From the human T2T-CHM13v2.0 reference genome, Homo sapiens: a stretch of 64,000 nt of DNA. Positions 29,701 through 44,965 of the stretch are shown one piece after another. The stretch lies in NCBI RefSeq assembly GCF_009914755.1, contig NC_060940.1; one strand, 5' to 3'. The translations under genes and the position numbers were made by a program. Position 1 is the first letter of the stretch. Each line of letters begins with the position of its first letter. A model generated the notes under the pieces. That model was given only the letters and a program-made list of their open reading frames with translations, was not told where the DNA came from and ran no database searches.

Positions 29701-32700
29701 TGATTCCATTCGATGATGATTCCATCTCTTTCCCTTCGATGATTCCTTTTGATTCCATTCAGTGATGATTCCATTTGATTCCATCTGATGATGATTTCAC
29801 TTGATTCCTTTCAATGATGATTCAATTCAAGTCCATTCGATGATTCCATTGGAGTCCAAACGATCATTCCGTTCGATTCCATTCAATGGTGATTCCATTC
29901 ATGTCCATTCGATGAATCCATTCAATTCCATTCGATGATGACTCCATTCGAGTACATTCGATGATTCCATTTGATTCCATTTGAAGATGATTCCATTCAA
30001 TTCCATTCGAAGATGATTCCATTCAATTCCATTCGATGATGATTCCGTATGAATCCATTCTCTGATTATTCCATTCGATTCCATTCATTGACGATTCCAT
30101 TCAATTCCATTCAATGATGATTCTCTTCTATTCCATTCGATGATTCCGGTCGATTCCATTCGATGATGATTCCATTAGATTCCATTCGATTGTTGCATTC
30201 GATTCCCTTCGATGATGATTCCTTTGAATTCCATTCGATTATCATTCCGTATGAATCCATTTGATGATTATTCCATTGGATTCCTTTCGATGATGATTCC
30301 ATTCGAGTCCATTCGATGATTCTATTCGAATCCATTTGATGATTTCTTTTGATTATAGTTGTTGATGATTCCTTTGGAGTCCATTCCATGATTCCATTCG
30401 ATTCCAATCGAGGATGATTCCATTAGTGTCCATTTAATGATTCCATTTGATTCCAGTCTCTGATGATTACATTCGAGTCCATACGATGATTCCACTCAAT
30501 TCCATATGATGATGATTCCATTCGATTCCATTCGATGATTCCATTCTATTCTATTCAATGGTGATTCCATTCGAGTACATTAGATGATTCCATTCGATTC
30601 CATTCAATGATGATTCTATTTGTGTCCCTTACATGGTTCCACATGATTCCATTAGATGATGATACTATTTGAGCCCATCCAATGATTCCCTTCGATTCCA
30701 TTCGATGAGGATTCCATTCGATTCAATTCATTGGTGATTCTATTCAATTCAATTCTTTGATTCCATTCCATTCCATTCGACAATGATTCCATTCGATTTC
30801 TTTCGATGATTCCACTCGATTCCACTTGACATTGATTCCATTCGATTCCATTCAATGATTCCGTTTGATTCCAGTGGATGATGATTGCCATCGATTCCAT
30901 TCGATCACTCCATTCTATTCCATTTGATGATGATTACATTCGATTCCATTTGATGATTCCATCTGATTCTATTCGAGGATTCCATTTGATTCCATTCGAT
31001 GATGATTCCATTTGAGTCCATTCGATGATTTCATTCGAGTACATCCAATGATTCCATTCGAGTCCATTTGATGATTCCATTTGATTCCATTTGATTATGA
31101 TTCTACTAGAGTCCATTCAATGACTCCATTCGAATCCATTCAACAATTCCATTCGAGTCCATTCGAAGATTCCATTTCATGATTCCATTCGAGTCCATTT
31201 AATCATTACAGTCGAGTCCGTTTGGTGATTCCACTGGATTTCTTTTGATAATGATACCATTCCATTACATTTGATGATGATCCCATTCAATTTCATTTGA
31301 TGATGATTCCATTAGAGTCCATTCAATGATTTCATTCGAGTCCCTTCATTGATTCCATACGATTTCATTGGATGATGACTCCATTCGAGTCCATTCGATG
31401 ATTCCACTCGATTCCATTAGATGATTCCATTGGAGTCCATTTGATTGTTCCATTCGATTCCATTCGATTCCTTTCGAAGATTATTCCATTTGAGTCCATT
31501 CGATGATGTTTCCATTCCATTCCATTCCATTCGATGATTCCGTTTGATTCCATTCGATGATTCCCTTTGATTCCTTTCTATGATGATTCCATTCCATTCC
31601 ATTCAATGATTCCATTCGAATCTATTCCATGATGATTCCTTTCGATTCCATTCGCTGATGTTTCCGTTCAATTCCATTCGATGATGATTCCATTCGATTC
31701 CATTCATTGAGGATTCCATTGGATTCCATTCAATGATGATTCCATTCTATTCCATTCAATGATTGCATTCAATTCCATTCAATGATTATCCCCTTAGAGT
31801 AAACTCAACGATTCCATTCAATACCATTCGATGATGATTCCTTTTGAGTCCATTCAATGATTTCATTCAAGTCCATTTGATGATTCCTTTCAATTCCATT
31901 CTATGATGATTCCATTCGAGTCCATTCGATGATTCCATTCGATTGCATTCGACGATTCCCTTATATTCCATTCAACGATGATTCCATTCGAGTCCATTCG
32001 ATGATTCCATTAGAGTACATTTAATGATTGCTTTGTTTTCAATTCGAAGATGATTACATTGGATTCCATTCTTTGATACCATTCGATTCCATTCAATGAT
32101 GATTCCACTCAAATCCATTGGATGATTCCATTCGTGTCCATTCGGTGATTTCATTAGATTCCATTCGAGGATGATTCCATTCGATGATTCCATTCAATTC
32201 CATTCGATGATGATTCCATTCCAGTCCATATGATCATTCCATTTGATTTCATTCGATGATGATTCCATTCGATTCCATTCGACGATTCCATTCTATTCCA
32301 TTCGAGGATGATTCCATTCGAGTCCAATCGATCATTCCATTCGAGTCCATTTAATGATTCCATTGGGTTCAATTCAATGATGATTACATTGGATTCCGTT
32401 CTATGATTCCATTCAATTCCGTTCATTGACAATTTGATTCCATTCGATGATGATTCCATTTGAGTTCATTCGATGATTCTATTCGATTCTCTTCGATGGT
32501 GATTCAATTCTATTATATTGGATGATTCCATTCGATTCCATTTGATGTTGATTCAATTCGATTCTATTCGATGATGATTCCATTGGATTTCACTTGATGA
32601 TTCTATTCGATTCCATTCAATGATGATTCACTTCTCGTCCACTGGATGATTCCATTTCATTCCATTCGATGATGATTCCATTCGATTCCATTCGATGATT

Positions 32701-32764
32701 CCATTTGATTCCATGCGACGGTGAGCAATTCGATTCAATTCCATGATGATTCTATTTGATTCAA
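26740..32764 (+). repeat. Chimeric unit D (6025 bp) with partial segment X at ~29405-30300
   Basis: Matches unit B at a constant offset of 16617 to ~30300, then continues with the distal part of the 6.1-kb unit ('tctattcgaatcc...ccagtctctg'). Confidence 0.8.
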
Positions 32765-35700
32765 TTAGATGATGTTTCCATTCGAATCCATTCCATGATT
32801 ATTCCATTGGAATCCATTCGGCGATGATTCCATATGAGTCAATTCAATGATGATTCCATATGGGTCCGTTCGATGATAATTCCATTTGATTTCATTCGAT
32901 GCTTCTATTCTATTCCAGTCGATGATGATTCCGTTGGAGTCCATACGATGATTCCATTTGATTTCATTTGATGATGATTCCATTCGATGATGATTACATT
33001 GGATTCCATTCTATGATTCCATTCAATTCCATTCGTTGATGATTCGATTCCATTCAATGATGATTCCATTTGAGTTCATTCGATGATTCTATTCGATTCC
33101 GTTCGATGGTGATTCAATTCTCTTATATTGGATGATTCCACTCGATTCCATTTGATGATTATTCCATTGGAGTCCACTTAGTGAATCCTTTAGATTCTAC
33201 TCGACGATGATTCCATTCGAGTCCATTCGATGATACCATTCAATTCCATTCGTTGATGCTTCCATTCAAGTGCATTCGATGATATCATTCGATTCCATTT
33301 GATGATAATTCCATTTGATTCCATGCGATGATTCTATTCGATTCCATTCAATGATAATTCCATTCAATTCAGTGATTCCTCTGGACTCCATTTGATGATG
33401 ATTCCATTCAATGATTCCATTCGATTCTATTCGAAAATGATTCCATTTGAATCCATTTGATGATGATTCCATTAGATTCCATTTGATGATTCCATTCGAT
33501 TCCATTCGACGATGATTCCATTCGATTCCGTTTGATGATTCCATTCTATTCTATTCGATGATGATTCCATTCGATTCCATTCGATGATGATTGGATTCGA
33601 TTCCATTTGATGATTTCATTTGATTCCATTCGTTAATGATTTCGATCAATTCCATTCGATGATTCCATTCGATTCCATTCGATAATGATTACATCCGAGT
33701 CCATTCGATGATTCCCTTTGAGCCTGTTCGATAATTCCATTTGAGTCCAACCAATGATTCCATTCATTTCCATTCAATGATTCCATTCGAGTCCATTTGA
33801 TCATTCCGGTAGGGTCCATTCGATGTTGATTCCATTGGAGTGCATTCGATGATTCCATTCGAGTCCATTTTAGGATTTGATTCGAGTCCTTTCGATGATT
33901 CCATTCGATTCCACTCGATGATGATTTCATTCGAGTCCATTCGACACTTCCAATCGATTCCATTTGATGATTCCATTCGAGTCCAATTGATGATTCCATT
34001 CAATTCCATTCGATGATGATTCCGTACGATTCCATTCTGTGATGATTCCATGTGATTGCATTCAATGATGATTCCTTTCGATTGCATTCGATTATGATTC
34101 ATTTCGTGTTCATTCTATGGTTCCACAGGTTTCCATTCGTGTCCATTCCATTATTCCATTCTATTCCATTTGATGATGATTCCATTCGATTCCATTCATT
34201 GGTGATTCCACTCAATTCCATTCAATGATTCCATTCCATTTCTTTCAACAATGATTCCATTAGTTTCTAATCGATGATCCACTTGATTCCATTTGACGAC
34301 GATTCCATTCTTGTCCATTCGATGATTCCATTTGATTCCATATGATGATGATTCCATTCGATTCCATACCATGATGATTCCATTCGAGTCCATTCAATGG
34401 TGATTCCATTCAATTCCATTCGATGATTCCTTTTGATTCCATTCGATGATGATGGCATTCGATTCCTTTCAATCATTCCCTTTGATTCCATTCAAAGGTG
34501 ATTTCATTCAAGTCCATTCGATAATTGCATTCGATTCCATTCTATGATGATTCCATTCGAGTCCATTTGATGATTCCATTCAATTCAAGTCAATGATGAT
34601 TCCATTCGATTCCATTCGATGATTCCATTGGATTCCATTCGATGATGATTCCATTCAAATCCATTCGATAATTCAATTCAAGTCCATTCGATGATGATTC
34701 CAATCGAATCCATTCAAAGATTCCATTCAGTTCCATTCGATGATTCCCTTAGATTCCATTCGATGATTCCACTTGATTGCATTTACGATGATTCCATTCG
34801 ATTCCATGTGATGATTCCATTCAATTCTATTCAATGATGTCTCCATTTGATTCCATTCGACCATGATTGCCTTTGATTCCATTCAATGATTCCATTCGGT
34901 TCCGTTTGATGATGATTCCGTTCGATTCCATTTGATGATTCCATTTGATTCCATTGGATGAGTCCATTCGATTACATTCGATGATTATTCCATTCGAGTG
35001 CATTAGATGATTCCATTCGAGTCCATTCGATGATTCCATTCGATTCCATTCGATGTTGATTCTGTTCAAATCCATTCGATGATTCCACTCGATTCCATTC
35101 GTTGACTCCATTTGATCCCATTCGATGATTTCCTTTGATTCCCTTTGATGATCATTCCATTTGATTCAATTCGGTGATTTCATTTCATTCCATTCAGTGA
35201 TGTTTCCATTCGACTCCATTCGATGATGATTCCATTCGACTCCATTCGATTATGATTTCATTCAATTCCATTCGATAATGATTCCCTTCGAGTCCATTCG
35301 ATGATTCCATTCGATTCCATTCAACGATGATTTGATTCGTGTCCATTCGATGATTCCATTTGATTCCACTTGATGATGATTCCATTCGAGTCCATTTGAT
35401 GATTCCATTCAATTCCATACTCCGATGATTTCTTTTGAGCCCACTCAATGCTTCCACTCGATTCCATATGATGATGACTCCATTCGATGAAATTCGATGA
35501 TGATTCCATTCGCTTGCTTTTGATGATGATTCCACTTGAGTCCGTTAGAAGATTCTATTCAATTACATTCCATGACGATTCCGTTCGAGTCCATTTGATG
35601 ATTCCATTAGACTCCATTCGACGATGATTCCATTCGATGTTATTCGATGATTCCATTCGATCTCATTCGATGATGATTCCATTCAACTCCATTCGATGTT

Positions 35701-38700
35701 TCCATTCGAGTTCATTCTATTATTCCATTAGATTCCATTCGATGATGATTCCATTCGATTCCATTTGATGATTGCATTCTATTTCATTTGATGATGATTC
35801 CATTCGAGTCCACTCGATGATTCCATTCGAGTCCATTTAATGAATCCATTGGTTTCAATTCTATGATGATTACATTGGATTTCATTCGTTGATGATTTCA
35901 TTCGGTTCCATTCAATGATGATTCCATTCAATTCCTTTCAATGTTTCCATTCAATTCCATACGATGATGATTCCATTTGATTTGATTCGACAGTGAGCCA
36001 TTCGATTCAATTCCATGATGATTCTATTTGATTCAATTGGTTGACATTTCCATTCGATTCCATTCGATGATGATTCCCTTTGATTCCGTTCAAAGATGAT
36101 TCCATTCTAGCCCATTCAATCATTCCATTCGATTCTATTCAATGATGATTCCATTCATGTCGATTTGGTGATTCCATTTGACTTCATTTGATGATGATTC
36201 CTTTCAAGTTCATTAGATGATTCCATTCGATTCCATTTGATGATGATCCCATTCGAGTCCATTCAGTGATTCCATTCGTTTCCATTCCATGATGATTCCA
36301 TTCCTTTCCATTCAATGATTCCATTCGATTCCGTTTGATGATGATTTCATTCGAGTCCATTTGATGATTCCATTTGATTCCATTCGATGATGATTCCATT
36401 CGAGTCCATTCGATGATTCTATTCGAATCCATTTGATGATTTCTTTTGATTATATTTGGTGATGATTCCATTGGAGTCCATTCAATGATTCCATTCTATT
36501 CCAATCGATGATGATTCCATTAGAGTCCATTTAATGATTCCATTCGATTCCAGTCTCTGATGATTACATTCGAGTCCATACGATGATTCCACTCAATTCC
36601 ATATGATGATGATTCCATTTGATTCCATTCGGTGATTCCATTCTATTCTATTCAATGGTGATTCCATTCGAGTACATTAGATGATTCCATTCGATTCCAT
36701 TCAATGATGATTCTATTTGTGTCCCTTAGATGATTCCACATGATTCCATTAGATGATGATACTATTTGAGCCCATCCAATGATTCCCTTCGATTCCATTC
36801 GATGAGGATTCCATTCGATTCAATTCATTGGTGATTCTATTCAATTCAATTCTTTGATTCCATTCCATTCCATTCGACAATGATTCCATTCGATTTCTTT
36901 CGATGATTCCACTCGATTCCACTTGACATTGATTCCATTCGATTCCATTCAATGATTCCATTTGATTCCAGTGGATGATGATTGCCATCGATTCCATTCG
37001 ATCACTCCATTCTATTCCATTTGATGATGATTACATTCGATTCCATTTGATGATTCCATCTGATTCTATTCGAGGATTCCATTTGATTCCATTCGATGAT
37101 GATTCCATTCGAGTCCATTCGATGATTTCATTCGAGTACATCCAATGATTCCATTTGATTCCATTTGAAAATGATTCTACTAGAGTCCATTCAATGACTC
37201 CATTCGAGTCCATTCAACAATTCCATTCGACTCCATTCGATGATTCCATTCGATTCCATTTGATGGTTCCATTCGAGTCCATTTAATCATTACAGTCGAG
37301 TCCATTTGGTGATTCCACTGGATTTCTTTTGATAATGATACCATTCAATTACATTTGATGATGATCCCATTCAATTTCATTTGATGATGATTCCATTAGA
37401 GTCCATTCGATGATTTCATTCGAGTCCCTTCATTGATTCCATCCGATTTCATTGGATGATGACTCCATTCGAGTCCATTCGATGATTCCACTCGATTCCA
37501 TTAGATGACTCCATTGGAGTCCATTTGATTGTTCCATTCGATTCCATTCGATTCCTTTCGAAGATTATTCCATTTGAGTCCATTCGATGATGATTCCATT
37601 CCATTCCATTCGATGATTCCGTTTGATTCCATTCGATGATTCCCTTCGATTCCTTTCTTTGATGATTCCATTCCATTCCATTCAATGATTCCATTCGAAT
37701 CTATTCCATGATGATTCCTTTCGATTCCATTCGCTGATGTTTCCGTTCAATTCCATTCGATGATGATTCCATTCGATTCCATTCATTGAGGATTCCATTT
37801 GATTCCATTCAATGATGATTCCATTCTATTCCATTCAATGATTGCATTCAATTCCATTCAATGATTATCCCCTTAGAGTAAACTCAACGATTCCATTCAA
37901 TACCATTCGATGATGATTCCTTTTGAGTCCATTCAATGATTTCATTCAAGTCCATTTGATGATTCCTTTCAATTCCATTCTATGATGATTCCATTCGAGT
38001 CCATTCGATGATTCCATTTGATTGCATTCGATGATTCCATTATATTCCATTCAACGGTGATTCCATTCGAGTCCATTCCATGATTCCATTAGAGTACATT
38101 TAATGATTGCTTTGTTTTCAATTCGAAGATGATTACATTGGATTCCATTCTATGATACCATTCGATTCCATTCAATGATGATTCCACTCAAATCCATTGG
38201 ATGATTCCATTCGTGTCCATTCGGTGATTTCATTAGATTCCATTCGAGGATGATTCCATTCGATTCCATTCGATGATTCCATTCAATTCCATTCGATGAT
38301 GATTCCATTCCAGTCCATATGATCATTCCATTTGATTTCATTCGATGATGATTCCATTCGATTCCATTCGACGATTCCATTCTATTCCATTCGATGATGA
38401 TTCCATTCGAGTCCATTCGATGATTCCATTCGAGTCCATTTAATGATTCCATTGGGTTCAATTCAATGATGATTACATTGGATTCCGTTCTATGATTCCA
38501 TTCAATTCCGTTCATTGACAATTTGATTCCATTCGATGATGATTCCATTTGAGTTCATTCGATGATTCTATTCGATTCTCTTCGATGGTGATTCAATTCT
38601 ATTATATTGGATGATTCCATTCGATTCCATTTGATGTTGATTCAATTCGATTCTATTCGATGATGATTCCATTGGATTTCACTTGATGATTCTATTCGAT

Positions 38701-38853
38701 TCCATTCAATGATGATTCACTTCTCGTCCATTGGATGATTCCATTTCATTCCATTCGATGATGATTCCATTCGATTCCATTCGATGATTCCATTTGATTC
38801 CATGCGACGGTGAGCAATTCGATTCAATTCCATGATGATTCTATTTGATTCAA
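32765..38853 (+). repeat. 6.1-kb unit E (6089 bp; 23-bp deletion near 37150)
   Basis: Landmark spacing 32765->38854; lacks 'ttccattcgagtccattagatga' present in F, G and H. Confidence 0.9.
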
Positions 38854-38856
38854 TTA
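38846..38856 (-). promoter_or_regulatory. Candidate DUX4 binding motif TAATTGAATCA (representative; one per unit at 249, 10115, 20346, 26732, 32757, 38846, 44958, 51070, 57159, 63267)
   Basis: The + strand 'tgattcaatta' is the reverse complement of TAATTGAATCA, matching the DUX4 consensus TAAYBBAATCA. DUX4 is known to bind and activate HSATII. Occupancy here is not shown. Confidence 0.5.
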
Positions 38857-41800
38857 GATGATGTTTCCATTCGAATCCATTCCATGATTATTCCATTGGA
38901 ATCCATTCGGCGATGATTCCATATGAGTCAATTCAATGATGATTCCATATGGGTCCGTTCGATGATAATTCCATTTGATTTCATTCGATGCTTCTATTCT
39001 ATTCCAGTCGATGATGATTCCGTTGGAGTCCATACGATGATTCCATTTGATTTCATTTGATGATGATTCCATTCGATGATGATTACATTGGATTCCATTC
39101 TATGATTCCATTCAATTCCATTCGTTGATGATTCGATTCCATTCAATGATGATTCCATTTGAGTTCATTCGATGATTCTATTCGATTCCGTTCGATGGTG
39201 ATTCAATTCTATTATATTGGATGATTCCACTCGATTCCATTTGATGATTATTCCATTGGAGTCCACTTAGTGAATCCTTTAGATTCTACTCGACGATGAT
39301 TCCATTCGAGTCCATTCGATGATACCATTCAATTCCATTCGTTGATGCTTCCATTCAAGTGCATTCGATGATATCATTCGATTCCATTTGATGATAATTC
39401 CATTTGATTCCATGCGATGATTCTATTCGATTCCATTCAATGATAATTCCATTCAATTCAGTGATTCCTCTGGACTCCATTTGATGATGATTCCATTCAA
39501 TGATTCCATTCGATTCTATTCGAAAATGATTCCATTTGAATCCATTTGATGATGATTCCATTAGATTCCATTTGATGATTCCATTCGATTCCATTCGACG
39601 ATGATTCCATTCGATTCCGTTTGATGATTCCATTCTATTCTATTCGATGATGATTCCATTCGATTCCATTCGATGATGATTGGATTCGATTCCATTTGAT
39701 GATTTCATTTGATTCCATTCGTTAATGATTTCGATCAATTCCATTCGATGATTCCATTCGATTCCATTCGATAATGATTACATCCGAGTCCATTCGATGA
39801 TTCCCTTTGAGCCTGTTCGATAATTCCATTTGAGTCCAACCAATGATTCCATTCACTTCCATTCAATGATTCCATTCGAGTCCATTTGATCATTCCGGTA
39901 GGGTCCATTCGATGTTGATTCCATTGGAGTGCATTCGATGATTCCATTCGAGTCCATTTTAGGATTTGATTCGAGTCCTTTCGATGATTCCATTCGATTC
40001 CACTCGATGATGATTTCATTCGAGTCCATTCGACACTTCCAATCGATTCCATTTGATGTTTCCATTCGAGTCCAATTGATGATTCCATTCAATTCCATTC
40101 GATGATGATTCCGTACGATTCCATTCTGTGATGATTCCATGTGATTGCATTCAATGATGATTCCTTTCGATTGCATTCGATTATGATTCATTTCGTGTTC
40201 ATTCTATGGTTCCACAGGTTTCCATTCGTGTCCATTCCATTATTCCATTCTATTCCATTTGATGATGATTCCATTCGATTCCATTCATTGGTGATTCCAC
40301 TCAATTCCATTCAATGATTCCATTCCATTTCTTTCAACAATGATTCCATTAGTTTCTAATCGATGATCCACTTGATTCCATTTGACGACGATTCCATTCT
40401 TGTCCATTCGATGATTCCATTTGATTCCATATGATGATGATTCCATTCGATTCCATACCATGATGATTCCATTCGAGTCCATTCAATGGTGATTCCATTC
40501 AATTCCATTCGATGATTCCTTTCGATTCCATTCGATGATGATGGCATTCGATTCCTTTCAATCATTCCCTTTGATTCCATTCCGAGGTGATTTCATTCAA
40601 GTCCATTCGATAATTGCATTCGATTCCATTCTATGATGATTCCATTCGAGTCCATTTGATGATTCCATTCAATTCAAGTCAATGATGATTCCATTCGATT
40701 CCATTCGATGATTCCATTGGATTCCATTCGATGATGATTCCATTCAAATCCATTCGATAATTCAATTCAAGTCCATTCGATGATGATTCCAATCGAATCC
40801 ATTCAAAGATTCCATTCAGTTCCATTCGATGATTCCCTTAGATTCCATTCGATGATTCCACTTGATTGCATTTACGATGATTCCATTCGATTCCATGTGA
40901 TGATTCCATTCAATTGTATTCAATGATGTCTCCATTTGATTCCATTCGACCATGATTGCCTTTGATTCCATTCAATGATTCCATTCGGTTCCGTTTGATG
41001 ATGATTCCGTTCGATTCCATTTGATGATTCCATTTGATTCCATTGGATGAGTCCATTCGATTACATTCGATGATTATTCCATTCGAGTGCATTAGATGAT
41101 TCCATTCGAGTCCATTCGATGATTCCATTCGATTCCATTCGATGTTGATTCTGTTCAAATCCATTCGATGATTCCACTCGATTCCATTCGTTGACTCCAT
41201 TTGATCCCATTCGATGATTTCCTTTGATTCCCTTTGATGATCATTCCATTTGATTCAATTCGGTGATTTCATTTGATTCCATTCAGTGATGTTTCCATTC
41301 GACTCCATTCGATGATGATTCCATTCGACTCCATTCGATTATGATTTCATTCAATTCCATTCGATAATGATTCCCTTCGAGTCCATTCGATGATTCCATT
41401 CGATTCCATTCAACGATGATTTGATTCGTGTCCATTCGATGATTCCATTTGATTCCACTTGATGATGATTCCATTCGAGTCCATTTGATGATTCCATTCA
41501 ATTCCATACTCCGATGATTTCTTTTGAGCCCACTCAATGCTTCCACTCGATTCCATATGATGATGACTCCATTCGATGAAATTCGATGATGATTCCATTC
41601 GCTTGCTTTCGATGATGATTCCACTTGAGTCCGTTAGAAGATTCTATTCAATTACATTCCATGACGATTCCGTTCGAGTCCATTTGATGATTCCATTAGA
41701 CTCCATTCGACGATGATTCCATTCGATGTTATTCCATGATTCCATTCGATCTCATTCGATGATGATTCCATTCAACTCCATTCGATGTTTCCATTCGAGT

Positions 41801-44800
41801 TCATTCTATTATTCCATTAGATTCCATTCGATGATGATTCCATTCGATTCCATTTGATGATTGCATTCTATTTCATTTGATGATGATTCCATTCGAGTCC
41901 ACTCGATGATTCCATTCGAGTCCATTTAATGAATCCATTGGTTTCAATTCTATGATGATTACATTGGATTCCATTCGTTGATGATTTCATTCGGTTCCAT
42001 TCAATGATGATTCCATTCAATTCCTTTCAATGTTTCCATTCAATTCCATACGATGATGATTCCATTTGATTTGATTCGACAGTGAGCCATTCGATTCAAT
42101 TCCATGATGATTCTATTTGATTCAATTGGTTGACATTTCCATTCGATTCCATTCGATGATGATTCCCTTTGATTCCGTTCAAAGATGATTCCATTCTAGC
42201 CCATTCAATCATTCCATTCGATTCTATTCAATGATGATTCCATTCATGTCGATTTGGTGATTCCATTTGACTTCATTTGATGATGATTCCTTTCAAGTTC
42301 ATTAGATGATTCCATTCGATTCCATTTGATGATGATCCCATTCGAGTCCATTCAGTGATTCCATTCGTTTCCATTCCATGATGATTCCATTCCTTTCCAT
42401 TCAATGATTCCATTCGATTCCGTTTGATGATGATTTCATTCGAGTCCATTTGATGATTCCATTTGATTCCATTCGATGATGATTCCATTCGAGTCCATTC
42501 GATGATTCTATTCGAATCCATTTGATGATTTCTTTTGATTATATTTGGTGATGATTCCATTGGAGTCCATTCAATGATTCCATTCTATTCCAATCGATGA
42601 TGATTCCATTAGAGTCCATTTAATGATTCCATTTGATTCCAGTCTCTGATGATTACATTCGAGTCCATACGATGATTCCACTCAATTCCATATGATGATG
42701 ATTCCATTTGATTCCATTCGGTGATTCCATTCTATTCTATTCAATGGTGATTCCATTCGAGTACATTAGATGATTCCATTCGATTCCATTCAATGATGAT
42801 TCTATTTGTGTCCCTTAGATGATTCCACATGATTCCATTAGATGATGATACTATTTGAGCCCATCCAATGATTCCCTTCGATTCCATTCGATGAGGATTC
42901 CATTCGATTCAATTCATTGGTGATTCTATTCAATTCAATTCTTTGATTCCATTCCATTCCATTCGACAATGATTCCATTCGATTTCTTTCGATGATTCCA
43001 CTCGATTCCACTTGACATTGATTCCATTCGATTCCATTCAATGATTCCATTTGATTCCAGTGGATGATGATTGCCATCGATTCCATTCGATCACTCCATT
43101 CTATTCCATTTGATGATGATTACATTCGATTCCATTTGATGATTCCATCTGATTCTATTCGAGGATTCCATTTGATTCCATTCGATGATGATTCCATTCG
43201 AGTCCATTCGATGATTTCATTCGAGTACATCCAATGATTCCATTCGAGTCCATTAGATGATTCCATTTGATTCCATTTGAAAATGATTCTACTAGAGTCC
43301 ATTCAATGACTCCATTCGAGTCCATTCAACAATTCCATTCGACTCCATTCGATGATTCCATTCGATTCCATTTGATGGTTCCATTCGAGTCCATTTAATC
43401 ATTACAGTCGAGTCCATTTGGTGATTCCACTGGATTTCTTTTGATAATGATACCATTCCATTACATTTGATGATGATCCCATTCAATTTCATTTGATGAT
43501 GATTCCATTAGAGTCCATTCGATGATTTCATTCGAGTCCCTTCATTGATTCCATCCGATTTCATTGGATGATGACTCCATTCGAGTCCATTCGATGATTC
43601 CACTCGATTCCATTAGATGACTCCATTGGAGTCCATTTGATTGTTCCATTCGATTCCATTCGATTCCTTTCGAAGATTATTCCATTTGAGTCCATTCGAT
43701 GATGATTCCATTCCATTCCATTCGATGATTCCGTTTGATTCCATTCGATGATTCCCTTCGATTCCTTTCTTTGATGATTCCATTCCATTCCATTCAATGA
43801 TTCCATTCGAATCTATTCCATGATGATTCCTTTCGATTCCATTCGCTGATGTTTCCGTTCAATTCCATTCGATGATGATTCCATTCGATTCCATTCATTG
43901 AGGATTCCATTTGATTCCATTCAATGATGATTCCATTCTATTCCATTCAATGATTGCATTCAATTCCATTCAATGATTATCCCATTAGAGTAAACTCAAC
44001 GATTCCATTCAATACCATTCGATGATGATTCCTTTTGAGTCCATTCAATGATTTCATTCAAGTCCATTTGATGATTCCTTTCAATTCCATTCTATGATGA
44101 TTCCATTCGAGTCCATTCGATGATTCCATTCGATTGCATTCGATGATTCCATTATATTCCATTCAACGGTGATTCCATTCGAGTCCATTCCATGATTCCA
44201 TTAGAGTACATTTAATGATTGCTTTGTTTTCAATTCGAAGATGATTACATTGGATTCCATTCTATGATACCATTCGATTCCATTCAATGATGATTCCACT
44301 CAAATCCATTGGATGATTCCATTCGTGTCCATTCGGTGATTTCATTAGATTCCATTCGAGGATGATTCCATTCGATTCCATTCGATGATTCCATTCAATT
44401 CCATTCGATGATGATTCCATTCCAGTCCATATGATCATTCCATTTGATTTCATTCGATGATGATTCCATTCGATTCCATTCGACGATTCCATTCTATTCC
44501 ATTCGATGATGATTCCATTCGAGTCCATTCGATGATTCCATTCGAGTCCATTTAATGATTCCATTGGGTTCAATTCAATGATGATTACATTGGATTCCGT
44601 TCTATGATTCCATTCAATTCCGTTCATTGACAATTTGATTCCATTCGATGATGATTCCATTTGAGTTCATTCGATGATTCTATTCGATTCTCTTCGATGG
44701 TGATTCAATTCTATTATATTGGATGATTCCATTCGATTCCATTTGATGTTGATTCAATTCGATTCTATTCGATGATGATTCCATTGGATTTCACTTGATG

Positions 44801-44965
44801 ATTCTATTCGATTCCATTCAATGATGATTCACTTCTCGTCCATTGGATGATTCCATTTCATTCCATTCGATGATGATTCCATTCGATTCCATTCGATGAT
44901 TCCATTTGATTCCATGCGACGGTGAGCAATTCGATTCAATTCCATGATGATTCTATTTGATTCAA
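38854..44965 (+). repeat. Canonical 6112-bp unit F
   Basis: Landmark ORFs recur at +6112 (e.g. 39355/45467, 41283/47395, 42838/48950, 44262/50374). Confidence 0.92.
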
